A DNA stretch of 64,000 bases, from positions 224,422 through 288,421 of the forward strand of contig JAGYIL010000004.1 of the NCBI GenBank assembly GCA_018402545.1, written 5' to 3'. The first letter of the stretch is position 1. The number at the start of each line of letters is the position of its first letter. This document shows, piece after piece, positions 38,181 to 50,626 of this stretch. Below the pieces are notes generated by a model, which searched no databases, was not told where the DNA came from, and saw only the letters and a list, made by a program, of their open reading frames with translations. Source of the stretch: Saccharospirillum sp. (lineage in GTDB: Bacteria > Pseudomonadota > Gammaproteobacteria > Pseudomonadales > Natronospirillaceae). A program made the position numbers and the translations under genes.

Positions 38181-39317
38181 TTGAGTACGCCAGCCATACT
38201 CGCACTAGCTGACGGCAGTCTGTTTCGGGGGGTCAGCATTGGCGCCCCGGGTGAATCGGTCGGTGAGGTGGTGTTCAATACCGCCATGACCGGTTACCAG
38301 GAAATTCTGACAGACCCCTCCTATGCCCGCCAAATCGTTACCCTCACTTACCCGCACATCGGGAATACCGGCACCAATTCCGAAGATGAAGAATCGGATC
38401 ATGTCTGGGCCGCCGGTCTGGTCATTCGCGATCTGCCCCTGTTGCACAGCAACTTCCGCAGTGAGCAGTCACTGCAGGAATACCTCTTCGACAACAACGT
38501 AGTGGCCATCGCCGACATCGATACCCGTCGCCTGACCCGTCTGTTGCGGGAGAAGGGCGCGCAAAACGGGTGCATTATGGCCGGTGACAATCTCGATGAG
38601 GCGCGGGCGCTGGAGCTGGCGCGCGGCTTTGCCGGCCTCAAAGGCATGGATCTGGCCAAAGAAGTCACTACCGACACGACCTATCAGTGGCGGGAAACCA
38701 GCTGGTCGCTTAATGATGGCCACCAGGTGCGCGGCGACGATGAATTGCCACTGCATGTTGTCGCTTACGATTACGGTGTGAAACGCAACATTCTGCGCAT
38801 GCTGGTCGACCGCGGTTGCCGGCTGACCGTGGTGCCGGCGCAAACTCCGGCAGCCGAAGTACTGGCACTCAAACCCGACGGCGTGTTTTTGTCCAACGGC
38901 CCCGGCGACCCGGAGCCCTGCGACTACGCCATCACGGCCATTCGCGAACTGCTGGAAACCGACATTCCGGTCTTCGGTATTTGCCTCGGCCATCAGTTGC
39001 TGGGCCTGGCCAGTGGCGCCAAAACGCTGAAGATGAAGTTCGGCCACCACGGTGCCAACCACCCGGTAGAAGTGATGGCGGATAAAACAGTGATGATCAC
39101 CAGCCAGAACCACGGCTTCGCGATCGACGGTGATACGCTGCCAGACAACCTGGTCGCCACTCACCGCTCCCTGTTCGACGGCTCGCTTCAGGGTGTGCAC
39201 CGCACCGACAAAGCCGCCTTCAGCTTTCAGGGGCATCCGGAAGCGAGTCCCGGGCCGCGCGATTGCGCCCCCTTGTTTGATCACTTCATCGAACTGATGC
39301 AAGCGGATCGCCGATGA
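38181..39317 (+). CDS. carA: carbamoyl-phosphate synthase small (glutamine amidotransferase) subunit
   Basis: TTG start after agaggaa. [16 protein letters not shown]. GATase triad motif GICLGHQLL. Confidence 0.95.
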   Translation: MSTPAILALADGSLFRGVSIGAPGESVGEVVFNTAMTGYQEILTDPSYARQIVTLTYPHIGNTGTNSEDEESDHVWAAGLVIRDLPLLHSNFRSEQSLQEYLFDNNVVAIADIDTRRLTRLLREKGAQNGCIMAGDNLDEARALELARGFAGLKGMDLAKEVTTDTTYQWRETSWSLNDGHQVRGDDELPLHVVAYDYGVKRNILRMLVDRGCRLTVVPAQTPAAEVLALKPDGVFLSNGPGDPEPCDYAITAIRELLETDIPVFGICLGHQLLGLASGAKTLKMKFGHHGANHPVEVMADKTVMITSQNHGFAIDGDTLPDNLVATHRSLFDGSLQGVHRTDKAAFSFQGHPEASPGPRDCAPLFDHFIELMQADRR

Positions 39318-39388
39318 ACGGTTCACGCCAGACGCCTGTGAACGTCTCCCGTATTCCGTCCAGCCATCTGCTATGAGCGAAGCGAATC

Positions 39389-42616
<3,228 letters not shown>

Positions 42617-42637
42617 CCGGCGAGCTGGCGTTACAAG

Positions 42638-42667
42638 AGGGTGCTTAACGGCGCCCTTTTTTTATTC
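42638..42667 (+). terminator. rho-independent terminator after carB
   Basis: gggtgc-ttaacg-gcgccc followed by a T8 run. Confidence 0.7.
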
Positions 42668-42764
42668 TGTTAACAACCGGATAGTCGGGTAGAAAGCTAC
42701 TCGCCTGTCCGCCCGAGTTCACCACACCGGCCAAGGCGGCCGGTTCATCAGGCAGGGTAACTGT

Positions 42765-43241
42765 ATGCAACGCTATCCAATGACACTAGAGGGCGAACTG
42801 GCTCTGCAAAATGAGCTGCGCGACCTGAAGACCCATCAGCGGCCGCGGGTAATCAAGGCCATTGCCGAAGCACGCGAACACGGTGACCTGAAAGAAAACG
42901 CCGAATATCACGCGGCACGGGAACAGCAGGGGTTCATCGAAGGCCGTATTCAGGAAATCGAAATGAAGCTGGGCAATGCTCAGGTGATCAACATTCACGA
43001 TATTCCACATACGGGCAAGGTCATCTTTGGCACCACGGTCACCCTGCTGAACCTCGATACCGACAAGGGCGTCACCTACAAGATCGTCGGTGAAGACGAA
43101 GCCAACGTTAAGGTCAACAAGATATCGGTCACTTCCCCCATTGCCCGCGCTCTGATCGGCAAAGAAGAAGGGGATGTTGTGGTGGTTAAAACACCGGGTG
43201 GCGATGTGGAATACGAGATCGAACAGGTCCAGCACACCTGA
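42765..43241 (+). CDS. greA: transcription elongation factor GreA
   Basis: 158-aa [13 protein letters not shown]...[22 protein letters not shown]. Confidence 0.95.
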   Translation: MQRYPMTLEGELALQNELRDLKTHQRPRVIKAIAEAREHGDLKENAEYHAAREQQGFIEGRIQEIEMKLGNAQVINIHDIPHTGKVIFGTTVTLLNLDTDKGVTYKIVGEDEANVKVNKISVTSPIARALIGKEEGDVVVVKTPGGDVEYEIEQVQHT

Positions 43242-43376
43242 TCCGGCCTGGGCAACTGGAAGGGACTTTTTGGCACAATAGTATTCTCAATATCACTCTT
43301 TATCGAATGCTCGCCTGAAATGGTATAGTCAGGCTATCCATTAAGTCCTTAGCCCGTGAACAGGAGTACGCCAGGG

Positions 43377-44489
43377 ATGCGAACCGCCTACATCACCGGA
43401 ACCGGCACCTGCCTGCCCGGACCGGCCATCGGTAACGATGCCATGGAAACCTACATTGGCACACTCAGCCCGGCACACAGCCGGCTGGGCCGGGCCACCT
43501 TGCGTCACAATGGCATACAGCAGCGCCATTATGCGCGCACCGCCGAGGGGCAAACTACCCACACCAATGCAAAACTGGCCACGGCTGCGATTCGCGCGGC
43601 GCTGCACTCGGCCCGGTGCCGGGATAACCGGCTCGATCTACTCTGTACCGGTACTACCCAGGGTGACTTGCTGGTGCCGGGGTTTGCCAGTGCCGTTCAG
43701 GCTGAATTGGGCATCAGCAATCTGGAAGTGGCCTCGTTTCAATCGGTCTGCGCCAGCAGTCTGATGGCGCTTAAAACCGCCATGATGTCGGTGCAGACCG
43801 GTCAGTCAGAGGCGGCTGCCGTCAGTGGCAGCGAGTATTCCAGTCGCTGGTTTCAACCCTCGTTCTACGCGGATGACTACCGCAATAACCCGGATCCGGG
43901 CATCGAATTCCTGCGCTATACCCTGTCCGATGGCGGTGCGGCCGTCATTGTTGAGCCCGAGCCGTTACCCGGTCGGCGCGCATTGCGCATCGACTGGATC
44001 GAACAGCGTTCGTTCGCCGACCGCTTCCCTAATTGCATGTACGCCGGGGCTGCCACCAATGCGGCAGAGGCCACGCCCTGGAGTGTGTACGCCTCGCCGA
44101 GCGAAGCGCACCAGGCTGGGGCCATCGCCCTGAAACAGGATTTCAAACTGCTCTACGAACTGTTTCCGGTCTGGATCGGCTACTACCTGGAACTGCTCGA
44201 CCGGCGCCAGCTGAACCCGAACGACATCGACGTCTTTTTGCCACACTATTCGGCCGAGTCTCTCGGGCAGGAAATGCAGCGCCTGTTGCAGGCGACCGGC
44301 GCCATGATCCCGCAAGAGCGCTGGTTCAACACCCTGAGCGAGCGTGGCAATACCGGGTCTGCGTCGTTGTTTGTGATGTTGAACGACTGGCTTGAGCGGA
44401 GCGAGCCGCAACCCGGTCAACGCCTGCTGTGTTTTGTGCCGGAAAGCGGCCGTGCACTGGCGGCCTTTATGCACCTGACTGTGGTCTGA
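43377..44489 (+). CDS. KAS III (FabH)-like thiolase-fold condensing enzyme or acyltransferase
   Basis: ATG 43377, 10 nt after aggag. Cys-His-Asn triad contexts FQSVCASSLMAL, FLPHYSAES, ERGNTGSASLF. Confidence 0.8.
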   Translation: MRTAYITGTGTCLPGPAIGNDAMETYIGTLSPAHSRLGRATLRHNGIQQRHYARTAEGQTTHTNAKLATAAIRAALHSARCRDNRLDLLCTGTTQGDLLVPGFASAVQAELGISNLEVASFQSVCASSLMALKTAMMSVQTGQSEAAAVSGSEYSSRWFQPSFYADDYRNNPDPGIEFLRYTLSDGGAAVIVEPEPLPGRRALRIDWIEQRSFADRFPNCMYAGAATNAAEATPWSVYASPSEAHQAGAIALKQDFKLLYELFPVWIGYYLELLDRRQLNPNDIDVFLPHYSAESLGQEMQRLLQATGAMIPQERWFNTLSERGNTGSASLFVMLNDWLERSEPQPGQRLLCFVPESGRALAAFMHLTVV

Positions 44490-44503
44490 AACGGGAGTCT
44501 GTC

Positions 44504-45250
44504 ATGACGATAACAAATCAAATCGATACCGGATTGACCCAGAGTGCAACGCCCCCGGCCAGCGCTTCGGGCACCTCCAACCCGGAAGTTCAGCAGGTGA
44601 TTCGCCGTCTCACCCGTATCTGGGGTGATTTTGAAGGGCGCCTGCGTGCAGTCCCCATTATCGCCGATGCCCATGCGGGTCGTATCCGCCTGGCCGATTA
44701 CCGCACCCTGCTCAAAGACCACTACGCCCAGGTCATAGAGGGCAGTGGCTGGATCAGCCGGGCCGCTTCCTCGGTTAGCCGGCCCTACTTGGAGCAGCGG
44801 TCATTGTTTCTGCGACACGCTGTTACCGAACACCGGGACTATGAAATGCTGGCGCGGGATTTCGCCGCCTGCGAGGGCGACCCGAACGAACTCACCGATG
44901 CCCGCAAGAACCTCGGCTCGATGGCCCTGTCTGCCTGGATGTATCACCGCGCCAGTCAACCCAACCCCTTCGACCTGCTCGGTGCCATGTTCATCATCGA
45001 GGGACTGGGCCAGTGGTTCGCCCGCTCCTTTGCCGAGGCGGTAACACAAAGCCTGGCGTTGAGTGACGCCCAAACCGGGTTCTACCGCTACCACGCCGAT
45101 CACGACCCGGACCACCTGGCCGAATTGGAAGAAGTATTGGGCAGTGGCGTACTCGATCTTCCGGGCATGGCCGACACCCTGGTGGAAACCGCAGCAGTGA
45201 CCGCACGGCTGTATTTGCTGCAACTGGAAGAAGTGGGGCACTACGGATGA
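44504..45250 (+). CDS. haem-oxygenase-like fold, putative iron-containing redox enzyme
   Basis: ATG 44504 after gggag. All-helical composition with spaced acidic/His residues (VTEHRDYEML, FIIEGLG, YRYHADHDPDH giving H-x3-D-x2-H). Family assignment is by resemblance only. Confidence 0.55.
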   Translation: MTITNQIDTGLTQSATPPASASGTSNPEVQQVIRRLTRIWGDFEGRLRAVPIIADAHAGRIRLADYRTLLKDHYAQVIEGSGWISRAASSVSRPYLEQRSLFLRHAVTEHRDYEMLARDFAACEGDPNELTDARKNLGSMALSAWMYHRASQPNPFDLLGAMFIIEGLGQWFARSFAEAVTQSLALSDAQTGFYRYHADHDPDHLAELEEVLGSGVLDLPGMADTLVETAAVTARLYLLQLEEVGHYG

Positions 45251-46128
45251 ACTGGGATCTCGATTTTGAACATCAGCGCATCGACCCGCACGACCCCAAC
45301 CCCTGGCTGGCGCTGTATCTGGATCAAAGCCTCGAATTGCACGAACCGGCCAAACGAGCCTTGCTGCGTGGCTATAATTCCAAATCCCGCCGGTATCTGC
45401 TGCCGCTGGTCCGCCCTTTCGCCCGGCTAAGTATCATTCTGGTCAAACTGGTGCGCATGGTACTGCCAAAACACTGGGCCTGGCCGCGTGCACTGCACCG
45501 CACCATCTACTGGGGGCTGAAGCACTTTGTGCGGCGCGACAGCAACTACCTGATTTTGCGCCATTTTCACATCGGCACGGAAATATTGCGCTTTATCGCC
45601 GACAACGCCGGGGTCACCATCACCACGACGGACCCGCTGCGCCCGCGTACCCTGGCCGATCTGAAAGAAGACGCCTTTCTGGTGCACGACCTGAATATCT
45701 ACAATTTCCTGCTGGAACTGAACAGCACACTGAAAACCGAGGGCCGGGTACTTGAACCCCCGGAGCGGCTGAATTTCGATGCCATTACCGACGGCGAGTT
45801 CGAGATGGACCCGGGCAAGCAAGGGCGCTTCAATGTGATCGACCTGCAAACGGCCATTGAATCCTACGTGCCCATGTACTCCCTGATGTTGACCGACCAC
45901 GATTTCTGGCGCGCCGCCAATTCGTTGCAGCTCGATGAGACCATCGCCATCTACCTGAGCCGCCTGTTGAATGACCCCTTGCCAGTTGGCCTGGTCAATA
46001 ACCGCCACCCCATGGTGCCGGTGATCACCCTGCACTCAGGTTTCCGATTAATGTTGCATGGTCTGGATGCTGAACTGATGCACGCCTATCTGCGCCAGAT
46101 GAAGCGGGCGCAGGTTGCGGCAGAATAA
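45247..46128 (+). CDS. hypothetical protein, third gene of the KAS III operon
   Basis: 293-aa ORF with ATGA overlap to the upstream gene (45247-45250). No family recognised. Confidence 0.55.
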   Translation: MNWDLDFEHQRIDPHDPNPWLALYLDQSLELHEPAKRALLRGYNSKSRRYLLPLVRPFARLSIILVKLVRMVLPKHWAWPRALHRTIYWGLKHFVRRDSNYLILRHFHIGTEILRFIADNAGVTITTTDPLRPRTLADLKEDAFLVHDLNIYNFLLELNSTLKTEGRVLEPPERLNFDAITDGEFEMDPGKQGRFNVIDLQTAIESYVPMYSLMLTDHDFWRAANSLQLDETIAIYLSRLLNDPLPVGLVNNRHPMVPVITLHSGFRLMLHGLDAELMHAYLRQMKRAQVAAE

Positions 46129-46132
46129 GCTA

Positions 46133-46993
46133 CTAGCCAGCCGGCTCATCGGCCTGCAGTAGCTCAAAGTGAGCCAGACAATTGCGCACCAGCGTCAGGA
46201 TATCGTCGGCCTGTGTTGGCGCAAGGCCCGAAACCCAGTGGTTCAGTTGCCATAGGTTAGCGCGCTGCTGGCACCGGTAATCGTACAGCCTGGAATTGAT
46301 CGACATGGTGGTCGGGTCGATGTTCAGTGCCGATACCATGCCATACATGCTTTGCAGACCAATGGACGAGTTGTGTTGTGGTGATTCGTACTGCCGGTAA
46401 CTGGCCTCGCTGATGCCGATCAGACTGGCGGCTTCCGACTGCGACAGGCCAATGGCCAGGCGAAAAGGTTTGAGGTTCTCGGCAACCAGACGATAGTAGT
46501 TCGGGGCATCGGGAAAGAGCGCCAGAGGTCGCTCTTCGGGCGCCGCAAGGTTGGCCGGGAAGTCGGGGTGCTGGTGGCGGATCATCGTACTCAGGCTGTG
46601 CAGTTGATCCGGGTTGGCCAGGCTGATGTAACTGACCAGTGGCTGCCATTTCAATGCATGAATCGGCGGTAATTCAGGCAACTGGCGTGGGTTGAGCAGG
46701 AGCCATTCGGTGGGCACGCCACAGCTGAGCGACCAGCGAATGGCCGTGTGCAGTTTGGGCAGTGAATGCCCGGTTTCATAACGCCGGAACGCCGTCAGCG
46801 ACAACGACATGCAACGGGCCGTGGCCGATTGTGACAGGCCCAGTGCGGAACGACGGCTGCGCAGGTTTTCACTGAAGACCTGGCCCAGTTGTTGGCTGTC
46901 GAGGGGAGGGAAGGCTTTTATAAACGCCTCGGGGGCATCGCCCAGAACGTCTCGCGTCCTGCGGCGTATCTCCTTCAGTCGACTGGCATCCAT
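46133..46993 (-). CDS. transcriptional regulator with two XRE-type HTH domains
   Basis: 286-aa ORF. HTH 1 is LRSRRSALGLSQSATARCMSLSLTAFRRYETG. HTH 2 is LKPFRLAIGLSQSEAASLIGISEASYRQYES. Its stop lies 4 nt from the convergent operon stop. Confidence 0.65.
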   Translation of the reverse strand: MDASRLKEIRRRTRDVLGDAPEAFIKAFPPLDSQQLGQVFSENLRSRRSALGLSQSATARCMSLSLTAFRRYETGHSLPKLHTAIRWSLSCGVPTEWLLLNPRQLPELPPIHALKWQPLVSYISLANPDQLHSLSTMIRHQHPDFPANLAAPEERPLALFPDAPNYYRLVAENLKPFRLAIGLSQSEAASLIGISEASYRQYESPQHNSSIGLQSMYGMVSALNIDPTTMSINSRLYDYRCQQRANLWQLNHWVSGLAPTQADDILTLVRNCLAHFELLQADEPAG

Positions 46994-47258
46994 GGTTGCG
47001 GACTCCTTGGTTACTACGTCCCTCGCTGGATGTAAGCGATCACTGTCCGGAGTCTAGGACCAGATCCCCGAGTCGTCCAACACTGGTTGAAACCGCTTAA
47101 CTGCGGGTCAATAAATCGTCAGTAAGGCCATGCTCCTGTGATGCACCGATCAGTCTTGTCGTCTCACGCCAATCGGGCATGACCCGGGCCGGAGCGATGC
47201 GGTAGACTGGCAGCCGACCAGACCCGGCCCTGGGGTCTGTAATCATAAGGAGAACACC

Positions 47259-47708
47259 ATGAGTGCCGCCCTCGTGTGGATTATTGCCGGCATCGTATTG
47301 ATACTGACGGAACTGATTGCCACCAGCATTGTGGCTGTTTTTATCGGCATTGGCGCGATCGTAACCGGGTTACTGCTGCAAATCGGGCTGATCTCATCGG
47401 TCCCGGTGCAACTGCTGACCTTCAGTCTGGCGTCGGTGCTGAGCCTGGTGCTGGCGCGCAAGCAACTGAAGCAATGGTTTCACGGCTCGACCGCCGACCG
47501 TGGCTCGGCGCAAAACAGCTTCCAGCAGGAACTCGGTGAGCGGGTAACGGTGGAACATGATTTTGACCAGGGTGCTGGCCGGGTGATTCTCAATGGCGTA
47601 GCCTGGGATGCCCTGTCCGAAGATGACCTGCGCGCCGGTGAGGTTGCCTGGGTGATCGCCAACGAAGGCATCCGCCTGACAGTCTCCCGCAACAAGTCTC
47701 ACCGCTGA
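47259..47708 (+). CDS. NfeD family membrane protein
   Basis: 149-aa ORF with N-terminal TM helices and a C-terminal OB-like soluble domain. Immediately upstream of the SPFH gene (ybbJ/qmcA-type pair). Confidence 0.8.
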   Translation: MSAALVWIIAGIVLILTELIATSIVAVFIGIGAIVTGLLLQIGLISSVPVQLLTFSLASVLSLVLARKQLKQWFHGSTADRGSAQNSFQQELGERVTVEHDFDQGAGRVILNGVAWDALSEDDLRAGEVAWVIANEGIRLTVSRNKSHR

Positions 47709-47758
47709 AATAAACACTCGTTACGCTAACGCATTTAACACTCAATAAGGAAAGCAAG

Positions 47759-48691
47759 ATGGATCTTTTTGCAGATTTTGGAACCTGGTTCGCGGGCGGT
47801 ATTGCACTGGCCGTGATCATTGTTATTTTCAAGACGGCCCGGGTCGTACCACAGAAAAGCAACTTTGTGGTGGAACGACTGGGTAAGTATTCCCGCACAC
47901 TGGACTCGGGCTTTCACCTGCTGATTCCGTTTATCGACAAAGTCGCTTACACCCACACTCTGAAAGAAGAAGTGATCGATGTCGCGCAGCAAGCCTGTAT
48001 CACCAGAGACAACATTCAGGTCGGTATTGATGGCGTGATGTACATTCAGGTAATAGATGCCCATAAAGCCAGTTACGGTGTCGATAATTACCGCAACGCT
48101 GCCAGTCAGCTGGCACAGACCACCATGCGTTCGGTCATCGGCCAGACCGATCTCGACAAAACCTTCGAAGAGCGCGCCAAAATAAACGAAGAAGTCGTTC
48201 GCGCACTGGATGAAGCGGCAACGCCCTGGGGCATCAAGGTATTGCGCTACGAAGTCTCCGACATCGAACTGCCCAACAGCATTAAAGATGCACTGGAACA
48301 GCAAATGCGCGCCGAGCGTGAACGTCGTGCCGCCATTGCCAAGTCGGAAGGTGAACGCCAGGCGATGATCAACGTCTCCGAAGGTCAGAAGCAGGAAGTC
48401 ATCAACCTGTCTGAAGGTGAGAAACTCAAGCAGATCAACGAAGCGGAAGGTCGCGCCGAAGAAATTCAGCTGATCGCCACCGCCACCGCAGAAGGCCTGC
48501 GCAAAATCGCAGAAGCGATCCAGACGCCAGGCGGGAAAGACGCCGTCAGCCTGCGCATCGCCGAACAATACGTCAAAGAATTCGGCAACCTCGCCAAAAC
48601 CAACAACACCCTGATCCTGCCCGCAGAACTGTCAAACGTCGGCGGCGCCGTAGCTGGCCTGGCCGAAGTACTCAAACACGGCAAAAGTTAA
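47759..48691 (+). CDS. SPFH/band 7 (stomatin-like, QmcA-type) protein
   Basis: 310-aa ORF. N-terminal TM helix, SPFH core (IPFIDKV..., TRDNIQV), and an AERERRA coiled-coil. Confidence 0.9.
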   Translation: MDLFADFGTWFAGGIALAVIIVIFKTARVVPQKSNFVVERLGKYSRTLDSGFHLLIPFIDKVAYTHTLKEEVIDVAQQACITRDNIQVGIDGVMYIQVIDAHKASYGVDNYRNAASQLAQTTMRSVIGQTDLDKTFEERAKINEEVVRALDEAATPWGIKVLRYEVSDIELPNSIKDALEQQMRAERERRAAIAKSEGERQAMINVSEGQKQEVINLSEGEKLKQINEAEGRAEEIQLIATATAEGLRKIAEAIQTPGGKDAVSLRIAEQYVKEFGNLAKTNNTLILPAELSNVGGAVAGLAEVLKHGKS

Positions 48692-48697
48692 GTCTGT

Positions 48698-48833
48698 GCC
48701 GGGAGTTCGTGACGGCCACCGGGTTAGCTTATCCGGGGTCGGCGTGGACCCATCCATGGGGCCTAGATCGCAGCATCCCTGCTGCGAACTTCCCCGGATA
48801 AGCTAACCCGGCAGCCGTCACTCGACTTGGCGG
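48698..48833 (-). repeat. structured intergenic repeat, copy G
   Basis: 30-bp stem 48709-48738 / 48792-48821 with two A:C mismatches on the + strand (G:U on the - strand). The inner hairpin carries a compensatory change (tcgcagca/tgctgcga). Confidence 0.75.
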
Positions 48834-48933
48834 TTGCCACCGAATTTGTTTTCGTAGGAGGCCAGTCATCTGGGCGACTGTAAGAAAGCAATGCCAGAGC
48901 TTTTAGCCACAGGCACAGATCTAACGTTAACCT

Positions 48934-49189
48934 GGCTCAAGTTTCGGAGTTCGCACAAAACAAGCGCCGGCTGCCTGGGGTACCTCTGAGGGGTAGTCCG
49001 CAGCAAGGACTAAAACGCCAGGAGCGTTTTAGCATGAGCGCAGCGAGCCCGAAGGGTGAATCCCATGGATGGGATTCATATCCTGCGGCCTAGGCTCCAT
49101 GGACGGATTCACGCCGACCCCTCAGAGGTACCCCAGGTAGACGGCGCGTGCCATTGCCACCTGGCAAACTGAACTCCGAAACTTGAGCC
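48934..49189 (+). repeat. structured intergenic repeat, copy H (full-length type with ~71-bp nested insertion in the inner hairpin loop)
   Basis: Near-perfect outer termini ggctcaagtttcggagttcg / gaactccgaaacttgagcc. Stem 48965-48993 / 49118-49146. The loop of the gcagca hairpin is replaced by 49010-49080, which has its own hairpins. Confidence 0.8.
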
Positions 49190-49190
49190 T

Positions 49191-50522
49191 CTAAACGAAA
49201 TGCGGCTGCGAAGGCCCACCGATTTGTCGGGCCAGGTAGCTGGCATAATTGTCTGTCATGCCCGCGATGTGATCGATCAGCCGGTGGTAAATCTCATCCG
49301 GTGACCAGGTTGCTGACGGTGCTTCCATGCCCATTAAATCGAAAACCCGTTTGGCGCGGTAACTCAGTTGCTGATAATCCTGCTTGTTGTGCAATTCGAA
49401 ACCGGCGGTCATGAAGGCTTGCAGCAGGGTGCTGAGTACCGCGTAGGCGCCGATTTCGGTTTCGGTTTTCTGGGTGTCGAGAAACACCTTGGTGTGGGCC
49501 AGGGCTTTGGCCTGGGCAATGCCGTTGCGGATGTGATCCGGGCACTGGCTGATCAGGTCGCCGTCGAAAATACCGTTCATGATGGCAGACTGATGCCGTA
49601 CGAAGGTGTCGACCACGGCATCGACCATGATGCCGATGGTTTTGCCGCGCAGCGCGGCCAGTTGGCGATTGGGTGAAATGCCGTTGTCGCCGTCGTCAAG
49701 GTCGAGTCCTGAGCCACCCTGAATGTTCATGAACACCTTGCTGACTTCTTCGAAGTCGATGATGTGCAGTTCTACCGCGTCTTCCAGATCGATCAGGGCG
49801 TAGCAGATGTCGTCGGCCGCTTCCATCAGGTAGCTGAGCGGGTGGCGCTGAAAATGATTGGATTCACGGGTTTGCAGGCCGAGACTGTGGGCGAGTTTCT
49901 GCATGATCGCCAGCTCTGGTTCGAACACGCTGAACTTGCCTTTTTTGGTGGCGTGCTCTGCAGTCCAGGGGTATTTGATGCTGGCGCCCAGGGTAGGGTG
50001 AGTCAGGCGCAGACCACCCCGGTTCAGGTGGTATTCCACCTGGGCGATAATGCGGAAGCCCTGGGCGTTGCCTTCAAAGTGGGTCAGGTCGCGCCGGGTT
50101 GTGGCTTTTAGCGGCTCGAGCAGGTAAGCGTTTTCCGGTTGCTTGAACCAGTCCTGAATGGCGTATTCACCGGCGTGGCCAAAAGGCGGGTTGCCGATGT
50201 CGTGTGCCAGGCAGGCGCTCTGTACAATCACGCCCAGGTCATCGGGTTCGATCCAGTCGGGCAGTTGGCTGCGAATGCGCTCGCCGACGCGAATGCCCAG
50301 GCTGCGACCAACACTGCCCACTTCCAGGCTGTGAATCAGCCGGTTGTGAACGTGGTCGTTCTTGGCCAGCGGGTGCACCTGGGTTTTACCGCCCAGTTTG
50401 CGAAAGGCGCTGGAGAAGACGATGCGGTCATGGTCTTTGTGAAAGTGGCTGCGCCCCACTTCTTCGGCGCCCAGTGCCTGGTGGCCGTAGCGTTCGGTGG
50501 TTAGCAGTTGTGCCCATTCCAT
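49191..50522 (-). CDS. dgt: dGTP triphosphohydrolase-like HD-domain protein
   Basis: Start at MEWAQLL (50522). FHKDHDRIVFSSAFRKL, VHNRLIHSLEV, and HDIGNPPFGH. Confidence 0.9.
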   Translation of the reverse strand: MEWAQLLTTERYGHQALGAEEVGRSHFHKDHDRIVFSSAFRKLGGKTQVHPLAKNDHVHNRLIHSLEVGSVGRSLGIRVGERIRSQLPDWIEPDDLGVIVQSACLAHDIGNPPFGHAGEYAIQDWFKQPENAYLLEPLKATTRRDLTHFEGNAQGFRIIAQVEYHLNRGGLRLTHPTLGASIKYPWTAEHATKKGKFSVFEPELAIMQKLAHSLGLQTRESNHFQRHPLSYLMEAADDICYALIDLEDAVELHIIDFEEVSKVFMNIQGGSGLDLDDGDNGISPNRQLAALRGKTIGIMVDAVVDTFVRHQSAIMNGIFDGDLISQCPDHIRNGIAQAKALAHTKVFLDTQKTETEIGAYAVLSTLLQAFMTAGFELHNKQDYQQLSYRAKRVFDLMGMEAPSATWSPDEIYHRLIDHIAGMTDNYASYLARQIGGPSQPHFV

Positions 50523-50626
50523 CTGGTTATCCTGTGCGTGGTCGTTGATGGCAGATAGGGTATCATCGTCAGCCGTGCAGCGCCCAACAGCTTCATCATT
50601 CATACCGTTAGCAAAGAGGCAATGGC

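Noticed and set aside
43271-43286. Sigma-54-like TGGCAC-N5-TATTC upstream of the KAS III operon (also TGGCAC-N5-ATCGC at ~27864 upstream of ribB).
   Set aside because: The -12 element lacks the conserved TTGC/GC, and no enhancer-binding protein is adjacent. Probably chance.
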